A stretch of DNA of 61,682 nucleotides, filler included. It is 8 parts of 8 records of this genome, joined end to end, with 100 filler letters (N's around TTAATTAATTAA, not from the genome) between each part and the next. Parts side by side here need not be neighbours in the genome. Positions count along the whole stretch, not along the records: positions 29,275 to 43,119 come from SRR31147125_16976; positions 43,220 to 48,865 come from SRR31147125_16995; 6 more parts are not named here. One strand, written 5' to 3'. Position 1 is the stretch's first letter. Every line of letters begins with the position of its first letter. The notes under the pieces were generated by a model. The model saw only the letters and a list, made by a program, of their open reading frames with translations. It made no database searches and had not been told where the DNA came from. Positions 36,270-47,041 of this stretch are shown one piece after another. The position numbers were made by a program, and so were the translations under genes.

Positions 36270-36952
36270 TCAATTGTCATCTAATGGTAAATTAAAAATA
36301 CCCAACATACCCATTTGAACATCAACCTGGTGATCAATTTCAGCTTGGCTCATATAGCTTTGAGTTGTATTCCCAAATGTAAATCCACTGGAAAAATATT
36401 TTGATAGACTTGATTGAACATCTGGTTCATCATATTGTTACTTATCGTAATACTAACTCTTTGTTCAAGTGTATTAGCAATCGTTTTATCGAGAAGGCTT
36501 CAAATCAGGTCATTGGCGTTTTTTAAATCGATTTTGAGCAATTTGCGACCATACATAGTCTGACAGTAACCGGACAATGACTGAAACAAAAACATTGAGG
36601 CATACGCATCATCAGTAATACCTATCAGTCCCAGGTCATCCGGTATTAAATCTTCTTCAAGCTTCCAGTACTGTTCTAATTCATCCATCATGTGGTTCAT
36701 TTCATTCCGAATGCCAAATTTTGCAGCATTGTTCAAACCTTCTTCGATATAAATTGGCACTTCATTTACATAAGTGATTACAAATTGACTTGCAGCCTTG
36801 GCTTGTGTCATATCCATTTTATTTCCATTATTTCGAGCCATTTCTATAGCAAGGCACGCAATGGTATTTGTTTGACGTTCATTCTTAATTGCTTTGTAAA
36901 TGACTTTTTTATTGCTTGTAGATTCATGATTTTTCTCAAGGTTAATTATCAT
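36270..36952 (-). CDS. YkvA/DUF1232-like protein, interrupted by an in-frame TGA (36500) and a T-run frameshift (~36392)
   Basis: DLIPDDLGLIGITDDAY motif; frame stays open past the TGA (SLLDKTIANTLEQRV...) and, with one T restored, ends IDHQVDVQMGMLGIFNLPLDDN*. Confidence 0.65.
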
Positions 36953-37457
36953 TTTTATGAAAAATACTTTTAATTGATTCAGGCAATTTAGTAATTACAG
37001 CCTTTACCATCTCAACAGCGTTATCACTGATATTACCACTATCATAGTTAACAGATAACTCTCCATCTTTGTATTCTACTTTCAAGGAGCTAGATACAAT
37101 TGACATAACTAAAACCGATCCAATTGCCAGAACAATGCCAGCCCCTAGGGTATGTATTTGGTGTGTTTCCATATACCGTTCCAACAGAAGTGATTTGTCT
37201 GGATCTTGAGTCCACTGTTCCATGATTGTTCTAACTGTGGGAACAACTTCCTCTGGCTTAACCAATGATTCCATTTTTTCTGTTTCCGCCTGTTGTATCA
37301 ATCGTAATGTCTCATCAGTACTAAAATCGTCAGGTAAATTTTTGATAACATCGACTGAATCAAATTGAATTTCATTAGCAAGGTATCCGGAAAAACCTTG
37401 ATACAAACTTAATATTTCATTATCACTCATTTGGTTTAATTTTGCCGATAATTCCAT
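36942..37457 (-). CDS. Small protein with internal hydrophobic helix and beta-hairpin (EACC1-like layout)
   Basis: 171 aa; AAGGAG RBS; HTLGAGIVLAIGSVLVMSIVSSSLKVEYKDGELSVNYD. Confidence 0.8.
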   Translation of the reverse strand: MELSAKLNQMSDNEILSLYQGFSGYLANEIQFDSVDVIKNLPDDFSTDETLRLIQQAETEKMESLVKPEEVVPTVRTIMEQWTQDPDKSLLLERYMETHQIHTLGAGIVLAIGSVLVMSIVSSSLKVEYKDGELSVNYDSGNISDNAVEMVKAVITKLPESIKSIFHKNDN

Positions 37458-37469
37458 AGCGAATCTCCT

Positions 37470-39890
37470 TTATCTCCAGTCACCTATTAAACCATATCCT
37501 GCCCAAAAATATTCATTGGGTAAATGCGACTCATGACTGGTTTGTTTAAGTTTTAACACTGCCTTTTGATGGGCGACTGCTTTACTCTTGTTTTTATTTA
37601 ACCTTTCATCATAAAAATATGAATAAAATTCATTCGCATTATTAATATCCACATTCCAAAATGTTGATATCAGGGAACAGGCTCCTTTTTGAAGAAATGC
37701 CCATTCAATTCCCAATGCATCGCCACCAATACCCTCACGTGCATATCCGGCAACGCAGGCTTGCAATGAAATGTGAGAATGCGTCAAATCACATTCCCTG
37801 GCTAATAATCTTACCGGGCTTAACAGGTGTAATCCATCATCTTTATAATTATAGTTGGGATCCTTTTTATAAAGTGTCGGGAGTTTATCATTATCAGACA
37901 ACAGTAATCCGGAATTATCAAACGGGTTGTCTTCAAAAGGGAAGAATCCATGCGTTGAAAAATGTATAAGCTGGTTGTTTTTAAATGCAGGAATCACATT
38001 GTTAAGTGATGCATTTGTTAGACTAACACTTGTACAATTATCCGAAAAGTTTTTTGCTAGAAGTGATGGACAGTAATTAAATGCTTTTTTCAAATCCGGA
38101 TTTTTAATATCATCAGTTGATGGCACATAAACAGTTAAGCAACTCTCAGTTCTACTGGCTGGTTTTGACAGTAAATAAATCAGATGACCGGCATTGTGTA
38201 TCCTGGATACTGTGAAAAGCTCAATCATTGGTTTATCTTTAATTTTGAGATAATGCAGCGGAAAAAGATAAAGCAAATGATCAGCCGAATAACAGATATG
38301 ATCGCCTTCCTCAATTTCACCCTGGTCAACCAGTTTTTCAAACATTGATAAAAAAGGACTTAACTCCACTATAACATTTATTTTTTTAAATTGCAGATTC
38401 CAGGTTTCCGGATTGTGCAGATTTTTATGATAATATTTATCCAACCAACTTTTACCAATAGGTATTTGCGCGGCATAAATCTTACCTGTTTTTACAATGA
38501 TCGACAAATAGCTGCAATCGTCATCGACATGGAAAGTCAGGTAATGGGCATTTTCTTTAGCTAATATTGGTTGTAATCTCTCACGGATACGATACAGATT
38601 AAATTCGTCAACATCCTGCAACGACTCGGTTTCCAGGGTATCTGTGATGGCTCTGCCTTTTGAACCTTCAATTGCATCGAGCATATCATCAAATCGTTGC
38701 GATTTAAACATATGTTCAACTGACGAATAAAACAGATAAGGATACTGTTGAAATACGCCGCCACGCTCAAATGGATCTTTTATCCCATTGCGGATAGATT
38801 CAAGATTCTTCCTTAAGTTTATCAGCTGGTCCGCAGCGTTAGATGATTCATTCAACCTGCTGTAACAAAGATATAAACCATAATAGGCATCATTTACCAA
38901 CGTTGCATTGTTTAATTTGAGTGCAGATTGGAGTGATTTTTTTAAGATATTAATTGAATTGATAATTTCATCTCTGGATGGTTGGTTACCGACAAATATG
39001 CCGGAAGCTCTTCTGATTTCCTGCCTGACTGTTATTTCATTCATTTCAGTGCTATCTCTTTGCAGAAAGGACTCTCCCTTTGAAAGGATATCTTCGAGTT
39101 GAGTAAATCCAGTGCGTGTATACGGATCCAGGTTTTCAGACTGTTTCATTTGGTCAATCAAGCCCGGATCCATGCCAGATTGCTCCACCATTTTTTTTAG
39201 AGAATCCAGGATGGTGCTTGTACTTGCCTGCTGATCCTGATACGATTTCTGTTGGCGCTGTTCCGCATTTTTATCCAATTCTCCAACATCAGCTTTTAAA
39301 TCCCGTAATTTTGTTCTTAATCGTTGCAATTCAATGTCTGCCGCGGGATTGCCTTCAATCCCCGGTCGGTTAAAAGCAATTTCCCAGGCATCATCAATTC
39401 TGTTTAGGTGCATCAATATATCAATCCTGGAGATTAAAATTGCTTTAAAATTATCCAAAAATGACGGTCGGTCTTTGGCATGTAGTTTTTCCGGATCATT
39501 CTCATATTCCTGCCAAAACGACAATTCATTCAATATAAATTTCTCTGCCGTATCATATTTACCCAGGTTAATTAATGCGTTTATATAATTATGTGCATAA
39601 CCAATGACCGTCATTAAAAACAAATCAGGATATTTACCGGATAAAAATAATTCTTTGCCATAACGGTAGAGCGCACTTCCCAGCATTTCTCCAAAGGTGC
39701 AATTACTTCCATGACAATACGCTGGTAACAAACTGCCGAATCCGAGAAGCGTTGACAGCGGATTGTCCGTTGTTATCAGGCCCTTCATGACATCTTTCAT
39801 ATTATTCTCAGGAAGCTGCCGCCATAGTTCCAAGTTTAAATTCGAATCTTTTGTACTCAGGTACTCAAATATTTTATTGGTATCTAACAT
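37470..39890 (-). CDS. Helical/TPR-like + CHAT (caspase/HetF-like) protease
   Basis: C-terminal LYLFPLHYL, LIHFSTHG (His), SLQACVAG (Cys), LISTFWNV, YFWAGYGLIGDWR; helical N-terminal half. Confidence 0.92.
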   Translation of the reverse strand: MLDTNKIFEYLSTKDSNLNLELWRQLPENNMKDVMKGLITTDNPLSTLLGFGSLLPAYCHGSNCTFGEMLGSALYRYGKELFLSGKYPDLFLMTVIGYAHNYINALINLGKYDTAEKFILNELSFWQEYENDPEKLHAKDRPSFLDNFKAILISRIDILMHLNRIDDAWEIAFNRPGIEGNPAADIELQRLRTKLRDLKADVGELDKNAEQRQQKSYQDQQASTSTILDSLKKMVEQSGMDPGLIDQMKQSENLDPYTRTGFTQLEDILSKGESFLQRDSTEMNEITVRQEIRRASGIFVGNQPSRDEIINSINILKKSLQSALKLNNATLVNDAYYGLYLCYSRLNESSNAADQLINLRKNLESIRNGIKDPFERGGVFQQYPYLFYSSVEHMFKSQRFDDMLDAIEGSKGRAITDTLETESLQDVDEFNLYRIRERLQPILAKENAHYLTFHVDDDCSYLSIIVKTGKIYAAQIPIGKSWLDKYYHKNLHNPETWNLQFKKINVIVELSPFLSMFEKLVDQGEIEEGDHICYSADHLLYLFPLHYLKIKDKPMIELFTVSRIHNAGHLIYLLSKPASRTESCLTVYVPSTDDIKNPDLKKAFNYCPSLLAKNFSDNCTSVSLTNASLNNVIPAFKNNQLIHFSTHGFFPFEDNPFDNSGLLLSDNDKLPTLYKKDPNYNYKDDGLHLLSPVRLLARECDLTHSHISLQACVAGYAREGIGGDALGIEWAFLQKGACSLISTFWNVDINNANEFYSYFYDERLNKNKSKAVAHQKAVLKLKQTSHESHLPNEYFWAGYGLIGDWR

Positions 39891-39899
39891 AGGTACCTC

Positions 39900-40361
39900 T
39901 TAACGGATTTGTTTTATAATTTCGCTTAGAATTCGAGCTGAATCAGTTTTATTTGGTGATAATCTCATTGAAGCATTTGCGTTCGTTAATATTTGTATTA
40001 CTGATTGTAGCCGTTCTACTTGCTGTAAATTAACTAAGTCATGCTTTTTCATAAGTGATCTCTTGATTTGTTTAACAATTAAATCGATCATGAGTATTTC
40101 TAGCTGATCGTCTGTTTTTTCTTTCTCATGATAGACATTATCATTATTCACTATTAATTTACTGTCTTGAGTTTCTATTTTGAAAATGATGATTAAAAAT
40201 AACGCCATTAAGCCAACGGAACAAAAACCAGCAATAATTTTTTCAAATGAGGAAGTAGATTCGATCATCCATAGAACTAGCATAGATTCACATACAACTA
40301 AGAATGTAGCCATTAACGCGTAGAAGTTTCTTATTTTTTGAGGCTTTATATCAACACTCAT
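39900..40361 (-). CDS. Two-TM membrane protein
   Basis: FYALMATFLVVCESMLVLWMI and IIAGFCSVGLMALFLIIIF, then a soluble helical tail; ends 9 nt before the CHAT start. Confidence 0.75.
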   Translation of the reverse strand: MSVDIKPQKIRNFYALMATFLVVCESMLVLWMIESTSSFEKIIAGFCSVGLMALFLIIIFKIETQDSKLIVNNDNVYHEKEKTDDQLEILMIDLIVKQIKRSLMKKHDLVNLQQVERLQSVIQILTNANASMRLSPNKTDSARILSEIIKQIR

Positions 40362-40472
40362 CTATGCACCGAGTAATGTTTTATCATCATTAAGTAATAA
40401 ATTTTATTATATTTGAGAATTAATAAAATAAAGCATTTTATCTATTTTTTGTCCGCCAATACAATTATTATT

Positions 40473-40994
40473 TTAATTCCTTTTAAGGTTCAGTTTAATA
40501 ATCCATATATTCAATTGAATCATCCAATTTTTACTATCCTCTTTAATAGTCCTAAAGTTATTTTTCTCCACAAAAAAGTGATAAGATATACTATTTGATT
40601 TTTGAATATATGCTAAAAGTAAGGTATCGCATAATGATCGTGCGTGATTTATCACTTCTTCAAGCACTAATGATCCAAAGCCTTGTTGTTGGAAACGTTG
40701 ATCGATAATTACAGAATTTAGAAATATTGCATCCATAATTTTAAATTTATCTTCAGTCCACTGCTTAGAGAGCAACCAATAATACCCTATGAATTCATAT
40801 TGATTTGTCTTTAGAATTCTTATGATTGAATTTTCGTCGTGTATTAAAGGCACGAATTCATTTTTTAAAAAATCATCCCAATTCCTTCCTATATATTTAA
40901 TATGCTGTTCCATATTTTCTTTTGAAACACGCTCAATTATTGTTTGGTAGGAATAATCATAATTTCGCCAAATTAAATCTTTTCGATTTGCCAT
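40473..40994 (-). CDS. GNAT N-acetyltransferase
   Basis: VIIDQRFQQQGFGS acetyl-CoA motif, N..SYHFF...NNF. Confidence 0.85.
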   Translation of the reverse strand: MANRKDLIWRNYDYSYQTIIERVSKENMEQHIKYIGRNWDDFLKNEFVPLIHDENSIIRILKTNQYEFIGYYWLLSKQWTEDKFKIMDAIFLNSVIIDQRFQQQGFGSLVLEEVINHARSLCDTLLLAYIQKSNSISYHFFVEKNNFRTIKEDSKNWMIQLNIWIIKLNLKRN

Positions 40995-41034
40995 TATTTT
41001 TCTTTCATTGTGAACGCTAAAGTTTTGCCTGTAA

Positions 41035-41190
41035 TTATAGGTTTATTCTATTTACATCCTTAATGTTGCCACCATCAATTAAATCCTTCACCTTTTCCAA
41101 AATTACAGAAAAGAGCAAATATTCTTCTGATTCAAAATCAGGAACCTTCTCTAAGGTTTGACGCACAGCTAAGGATTCATAGGGCTCCAT
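41035..41190 (-). CDS. Short ORF or gene remnant (51 aa)
   Basis: MEPYESLAVRQTLEKVPDFESEEYLLFSVILEKVKDLIDGGNIKDVNRINL*; frame is open upstream as well. Confidence 0.25.
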   Translation of the reverse strand: MEPYESLAVRQTLEKVPDFESEEYLLFSVILEKVKDLIDGGNIKDVNRINL

Positions 41191-41267
41191 AAATGAATTT
41201 ATTATTTGTTTAATACAAACTTCAATTTTTAGGTTAGTAAATATGAAGAAAATGCTTAATTTGCCGA

Positions 41268-42709
41268 TTAATTTTTTACAAATTCTATCTTGAAGACATA
41301 GAAATTATCTGGGCCCAGTACAGGTAAATATCTGTTACCTTTTCCGTCAATTCCCCAACTGTTTGCCCCTTGTACTCTAAATTCTTTTTGATATAATTGA
41401 CTTGGTTCAGAGTTAATATTTATAACCTTATTACCTTCGGAATCATAGGTTAAAAGTATTTTTTGATATATATGCTTGTCTCTTTGACGGTGGAAGTACG
41501 CAGGATTAAATCCTAAAACATATAATTTATGTTCTTCATCGACATAGATTAACTTCCAATTTTTAATACCATATTTTTGTGAGAGAGTATCAGGAATATT
41601 CAGATTTACTTTTTTATCGAAGGTGCCATCATTTTTCAATATATCAATGACAATAGTCGCAGAGTTATCATCATAATTTAGATTACTGATAAAAATATAT
41701 TGATTTGATGGGGCAATCACTATATTCTCAAGTTTTTCTCGCCAGATAGTTGTATTGTTTTTACCTATACATCCCATTTCCAGTCCAAAAACACCATAAC
41801 CGCAACCATAGTCATCTGTTCCAACAGGAATTCCTAATAATTCATACATTTCTTCATTTCCTGAATAAAATATTTCCTTATTTGTTTTAGGATCATATTG
41901 TACCCAATATCTTTTTCTGATGTCATTTTCTATCTCCTTTACATAATAAAAATATCCTATACTATCCATAAACACTCTCTCATAAGATCCTTTGAATGTA
42001 TGAAAGGGCTTTAATTTTCCGGTTTCTTTATCAATTTCGAATATAGAAAAAGCATCATCATCGCTAGCACAAAGGTATAAATGATTATTATTGATTATAA
42101 AATCCTGATAATTAGTGTTAATACTTTGATAATTATATTTCTTCCTATCTACCTTTTCTTTTTTTGCCAGCTTACTGTACCATCAGTTTTGATTTTTCTA
42201 AGTAAGTTATAAGTTATATTTTTATCGTATTTATCTATCAATTCTAATAAATAAATATTTTCGTCCTCGTCTATTACAAAATCAATAATGTACCATTCGT
42301 CATAAGATATGGAAGGTTTTATAATTTTCAACTTATTAATTAATTTTCCTTGAGTAGTTAGAATTAACAAAGTCTTATCCTGAGTTAAAAGAATGATTTT
42401 ATCGAAACGCATAATCCTTATTTCAACAGTACCTCTTACTTTCTCAGGCACTTTTTCAACCATTATATTGGTAAGAGGTGCTCCTGTAAATATTTCAGGA
42501 ATACCATCTTCTTTACCCCAAGAAAGCTTTATGATAGGACTAATAGTAGCTTTGTTCTTAAATAGGATATTTTTATTCCTATTTCTTTGTTTTTTTTGCT
42601 CCATAATTGTATCCATTTTTTCTTGATTTGATATTTTGTCATTAGATAATAAATATATTATAATTAAAAGAAAAATAATAAATGGAATTAAAATTAAATT
42701 TGATTTCAC
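41268..42709 (-). CDS. Membrane-anchored beta-propeller-like protein, probable immunity protein (frameshift in A run near 42160)
   Basis: N-terminal TM anchor; DFVIDEDENIYLL, YVDEEHKLYVLG, GIDGKGNRYL blade-like repeats; frames join via EKVDRKKYNYQSINTNYQDF...GSYERVFMD. Confidence 0.72.
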
Positions 42710-42726
42710 AATAACTCCTCATCTTA

Positions 42727-43119
42727 TTACCATGCCGGAGTGCCAAATGTTACTGTCGGTGCTCCCCAAATTGGTGTCATATAATCGCTTAGTTTTTTGA
42801 TTGTGCTAATCTTCACTTCATCAATAGTACCGCTGACAGATGGTTTATCAGGAGGCGGCCAAAAGGTATATACTTCATCTTTTTTCCCTGTTGCTAAAGC
42901 TACATGATCTAAAGTTGATGGATTCCAGAATACTAAATCACCTCTTGACAGTGTCGAGGTACCTGAGATGTAAGGACTTGTAGAGGAAGCCATCTTGGAA
43001 ACCCAATCAGCTATAAGGACAGCAGTATATAGGTTATGAATCCAATTCCAATCAATTACACCGCATCTATAAGCGGCTAATAAAATCATTTCCCAGCAAT
43101 TAATTGTTGTAGTTTTTTT
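42727..43119 (-). CDS. C-terminal papain-like/NlpC-P60-like domain (5' truncated), probable toxin
   Basis: TTINCWEMILLAAY...RGDLVFW...HVALATG. Confidence 0.68.
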   Translation of the reverse strand, partial: KKTTTINCWEMILLAAYRCGVIDWNWIHNLYTAVLIADWVSKMASSTSPYISGTSTLSRGDLVFWNPSTLDHVALATGKKDEVYTFWPPPDKPSVSGTIDEVKISTIKKLSDYMTPIWGAPTVTFGTPAW

Positions 43120-43219
43120 NNNNNNNNNNNNNNNNNNNNNNNNNNNNNNNNNNNNNNNNNNNNTTAATTAATTAANNNNNNNNNNNNNNNNNNNNNNNNN
43201 NNNNNNNNNNNNNNNNNNN
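43120..43219. other. Artificial contig spacer
   Basis: N/TTAATTAATTAA/N linker. Confidence 0.99.
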
Positions 43220-45569
43220 TTACCAGCTTTATATTCAGCATTTTCCTTTAAGTCACCCAAGAGACGCGCAGAACCAATCTCCTGTGAATTTTTAGGAATT
43301 TCTACATCCAGAATATTCTGCAGCTGGTTCTGTTTCCCTTCATATGCTTTTCGAGTAACCAGGAGTCCGCCACTTACTGTTGTTACTGAAGCAGATTCTT
43401 CTCCGAAAAAGGTGAATTTCGGGAATCGTTCAATAATAATATGTTTCAGTTCTATAAGTACGGCCGGATCCAAATCATCAACATCTTTCACAAGACTATA
43501 GACTCTCTGAATAGAATCTTTAGGACTTTCCTTCAAAAATTTATGAAGATTCTTCTCAGAAAAGAGAATAGTATTTATTGTTTTAGCTATTTTTCTATTT
43601 GGAGCTACATCTCTTTTACTGTTAACAGCACGGTTGGAAATATCGAGCATATGCAGCAGGGCTAATAGAATTTTCTCAAAACTGAGTTTAATCGTTCCTT
43701 CCCAGAAAGTTCGTTCATAATTCTTTACAAGCCACAAAAACACTTCCGGCATCTCTTTATATCGATCATACGCTTCCCGAAAAATTTGAAGAACAACATC
43801 GTTCTGTCCTGATCTTCAAGTTCATCAACAATGAAAGTTGAAAGATAGTAGGGGTACAGCTGTTTAAACAGCTGTGGCCAATCTTCTCTTGCATTCATCA
43901 ATTCCTCGAGGAATGATCTTTTCAGCTCAGCATCAGGCAGATTGCTGAAAATCTGGTCCATATTATTAATAGAATCGAGAAGCTGTCCAAATTTCACTTC
44001 AATGTTATGATTGAGAAATGAGTAGGATTTAACCAGTTTTTTTACTATGAGATAACTGGTAATTACTGAATCATTCACTATTGCGAAGTTATTAATGATA
44101 TTTGTAAAATAACCGAAAATTTCTGAGAAATAGTCAGATTCAGGATCACTGTTATCCAGAAATTCTCGAAGAATCTTCACTTTAAGAAGAAAATCTTTTT
44201 CAGCTTTGAACATATTAAGTGTTTTTTCTTCATAAGAAACCGGTGTTTCTCTTACTGAATACTGATCAGTAGCTTCAGGATTAACTCCAAAATAGGGATC
44301 TGTTTTTAACAGTTTCTTGGCCGTGCTGTTCCAGGTAAGCCATTCATTGGCTGATAAAATGGATGGAACCAGCTCAGCTTTAATCTGCTTCAGGCTGGCT
44401 GAGTTATCAAAACTCTGAATTATAGTTCGCAAAGTCCAAAGTACATCCTGTTTTACTTTCGCTTTCAGTCTTTCTTTCGGGAAAACACTCTTAATAACCC
44501 AAATATGATTCTTTAATAGCACATTTAAAGCGTTAACAGCCATCTTCAGAGCCATTTCATGATCTCTTTTTTTAATGAAATCGATAACAAGAGAGTCTTC
44601 TTTTATTTTCTGGATTCTACCGATACCCCATGTTTTATGGTGTACAAATGTGCCCTGATCAAATGAAATATGCTTCTCAAAATCAGCAATAGCGGCATTA
44701 ATATCTCTATATGACTGAGTTAGATTTGTTTTTTCAATATAGTCTTCTATCTTACTGTGGTCAGCAAATTTCTTCCGATAGATATTTATTAATCTGTCTC
44801 TTGATTCACTATTTGTCGGCTGAAAAAACAAAATATCTTTCAGAATCAACAGGCATTTATCCCAGTTCTCTTTTGAGTAATAGATATCATACATACCTTC
44901 AAGCATTTGCGCGGCACGATCTTTATTCAGCGTTTTTGCAACACGCAAAACCACATTCTGCTGATTGTCATAGTCTTCAGGTGAAAATAAAAGAAGTTTT
45001 TGCCAAATTTCTTTTATTTGAGAAAAATTCTTGATAATGATGAAACGATGCAGTGATTTTTTGCAATAAAAAACCGCTTTCTCAATATCACTCAGTTCTT
45101 CATAACGTTCAGCGATCAGGCGAATCAATTCAATTTCATCATAATCAACTTTTATGAGCCTTTCCCAAATATCGAATTTCTCATCTTCTTTCCCGGTATT
45201 CTCATAGCATTCAGCTAAAATACGCAAGGCTATGGCGTTTTCTCCATATTTCAGCAAGCGTAAACAGAGGAATTCTACTATTAGCCACTTACGATTGTCA
45301 TAAAACAGGTTAATCAACTGAATAATATTTGAATCGTCAATCAGGTGTTTTTCCAGAGAAATAATTCCGGAAATATAGAGTGATATAATACTGTTTTTTG
45401 TGTGCAGCAAATGTTCATCACAAAGTTCTTTAACTTTAATCCAATCATTTTTATTAATTTCTTCATAGAGAAGGCTGTCAAGATCTTCAAAGTTATTTAC
45501 CGTGTAACTATTAATTGTTGCCCGAGTCCATTTTTCCTCATTCAGCATTTCATTGATTTTATCAATCAT
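43220..45569 (-). CDS. greA: Spirochaete-type long transcription elongation factor GreA (frameshift near 43760; 3' truncated)
   Basis: LNEEKWTRAT start, FVHHKTWGIGRI, C-terminal NSQEIGSARLLGDLKENAEYKA. Confidence 0.92.
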
Positions 45570-45817
45570 CTACTTTTTCTCCATCTATCACACATTTTAT
45601 TCTACCGTACATTAAAATCAACCGCTCAAAAATAACCGCACTTTTTATTATGCGATTATCAGAGAGTAGATATATTTACCGTATTAAATCTTGTTTCTTT
45701 TAGATCAGATTACATATACACTGTTTACAATTAAAATACGTATATATAAAAATAACTTAATTCTGAGAATCTTTCAACCGATTGCTAATAGAGAAATTAT
45801 TTGCTATGTATATAAGT

Positions 45818-46482
45818 ATGAAAAATTCAAAAGAAATTATTATAGCACCATCAATTTTATCGGCAGATTTTTCTAGAATCCGAAATGCGGTAAAAACAAT
45901 TGAAAAATCAGGTGCTGAATGGCTGCATTTGGATGTAATGGATGGTAGTTTTGTTCCAAACATCACTTTTGGACCAAAATTCATTTCAGATTTACGGGAT
46001 TCAACTAAACTTTTTTTGATACCCATCTGATGATAAATCAACCGGAAAAGTATATTCATGATTTTATTGATGCCGGTTCCGATGCGATAACACTTCACTA
46101 TGAATCGACCGTACATCTTCATCGGGCAATGCAGATGATTAAAAGCAGAAACGTGAAAGTAGGAGTATCTTTAGTACCCTCGACACCTGTTTCAATGCTT
46201 AAACCCATTCTTGTAGAATTGGACCTCGTTTTACTTATGACAGTTAATCCCGGCTTTGGAGGACAATCACTTATAGAAAGCTGTGTGGATAAAGTTGCTG
46301 AATTGAAGACAATGAGAGAACAACTTAATCTTGAATTTGTTATAGCGGTTGATGGCGGTGTAAATGCAGAGACAGTTGTAAAATTAAAAAAAGCCGGGAT
46401 AGATGCTGCTGTAGCGGGAAGTGCTTTTTTCTCTTCTGATAATCCCGTTGATTTTGTGAATATGCTGAAAAAAACAACCTAG
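45818..46482 (+). CDS. rpe: Ribulose-phosphate 3-epimerase (frameshift in T run near 46015)
   Basis: IAPSILSADF, HLDVMDG.FVPNITFGP, DTHLMI, MTVNPGFGGQ, VDGG. Confidence 0.95.
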
Positions 46483-46514
46483 CTGATACTATATCGCTTA
46501 TATAGGAGCATATT

Positions 46515-46949
46515 ATGCTGTCAGTAGTACAAAGAGTATCCTCTGCTTCCGTATCCGTTGAGAATGAAATTGTGGGCTCTATAGGGACAGGATTACTCAT
46601 GTACTTAGGTGTTGAAAAAGATGATTCAGAGAATGATTTGGATTATATTGTCAGAAAAGTAGTGAACGCCAGAATCTTTCAGGATAATCAGGGAAAGATG
46701 AATAAATCAGTACAGGATATCAATGGGGAAATACTATTGATTAGTCAATTCACACTTTGTGCTGATGTAAAAAAGGGTAACAGACCGTCTTTCAACAATG
46801 CGGCTGAACCGGAAAAAGCAAATCTCCTGTACCTGCAATGTTTTAAACTGCTGAATACTTTCTGCAGCACTGAGAAGGGTGAATTTGGCGCATCAATGAA
46901 AGTTACTTCAACAAATTCTGGACCGGTAACTATGATATATAATTCTTAA
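46515..46949 (+). CDS. dtd: D-aminoacyl-tRNA deacylase
   Basis: VVQRVSSASV, SQFTL, GNRPSF, NSGPVT. Confidence 0.95.
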   Translation: MLSVVQRVSSASVSVENEIVGSIGTGLLMYLGVEKDDSENDLDYIVRKVVNARIFQDNQGKMNKSVQDINGEILLISQFTLCADVKKGNRPSFNNAAEPEKANLLYLQCFKLLNTFCSTEKGEFGASMKVTSTNSGPVTMIYNS

Positions 46950-47041
46950 TTATTTCTATTATATTCTCATTTTTTGAATTAATTTTAATGGATTTTCTGT
47001 TATATTGGTATAAGAGACTTAAAATACGTTAAGGAGAAATT

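Noticed and set aside
36500-36502. TGA recoding (genetic code 4/25 or selenocysteine) in contig 5
   Set aside because: Long neighbouring ORFs such as the 806-aa CHAT gene have no internal TGA and use TGG for Trp; no Cys-like context or evident SECIS.
29275-43119. Integron cassette array
   Set aside because: Genes are co-oriented, but I found no attC-like RYYYAAC...GTTRRRY palindromes and no integrase.
43220-45569. Unusually long GreA as a novel fusion
   Set aside because: N-terminally extended GreA is established in spirochaetes.
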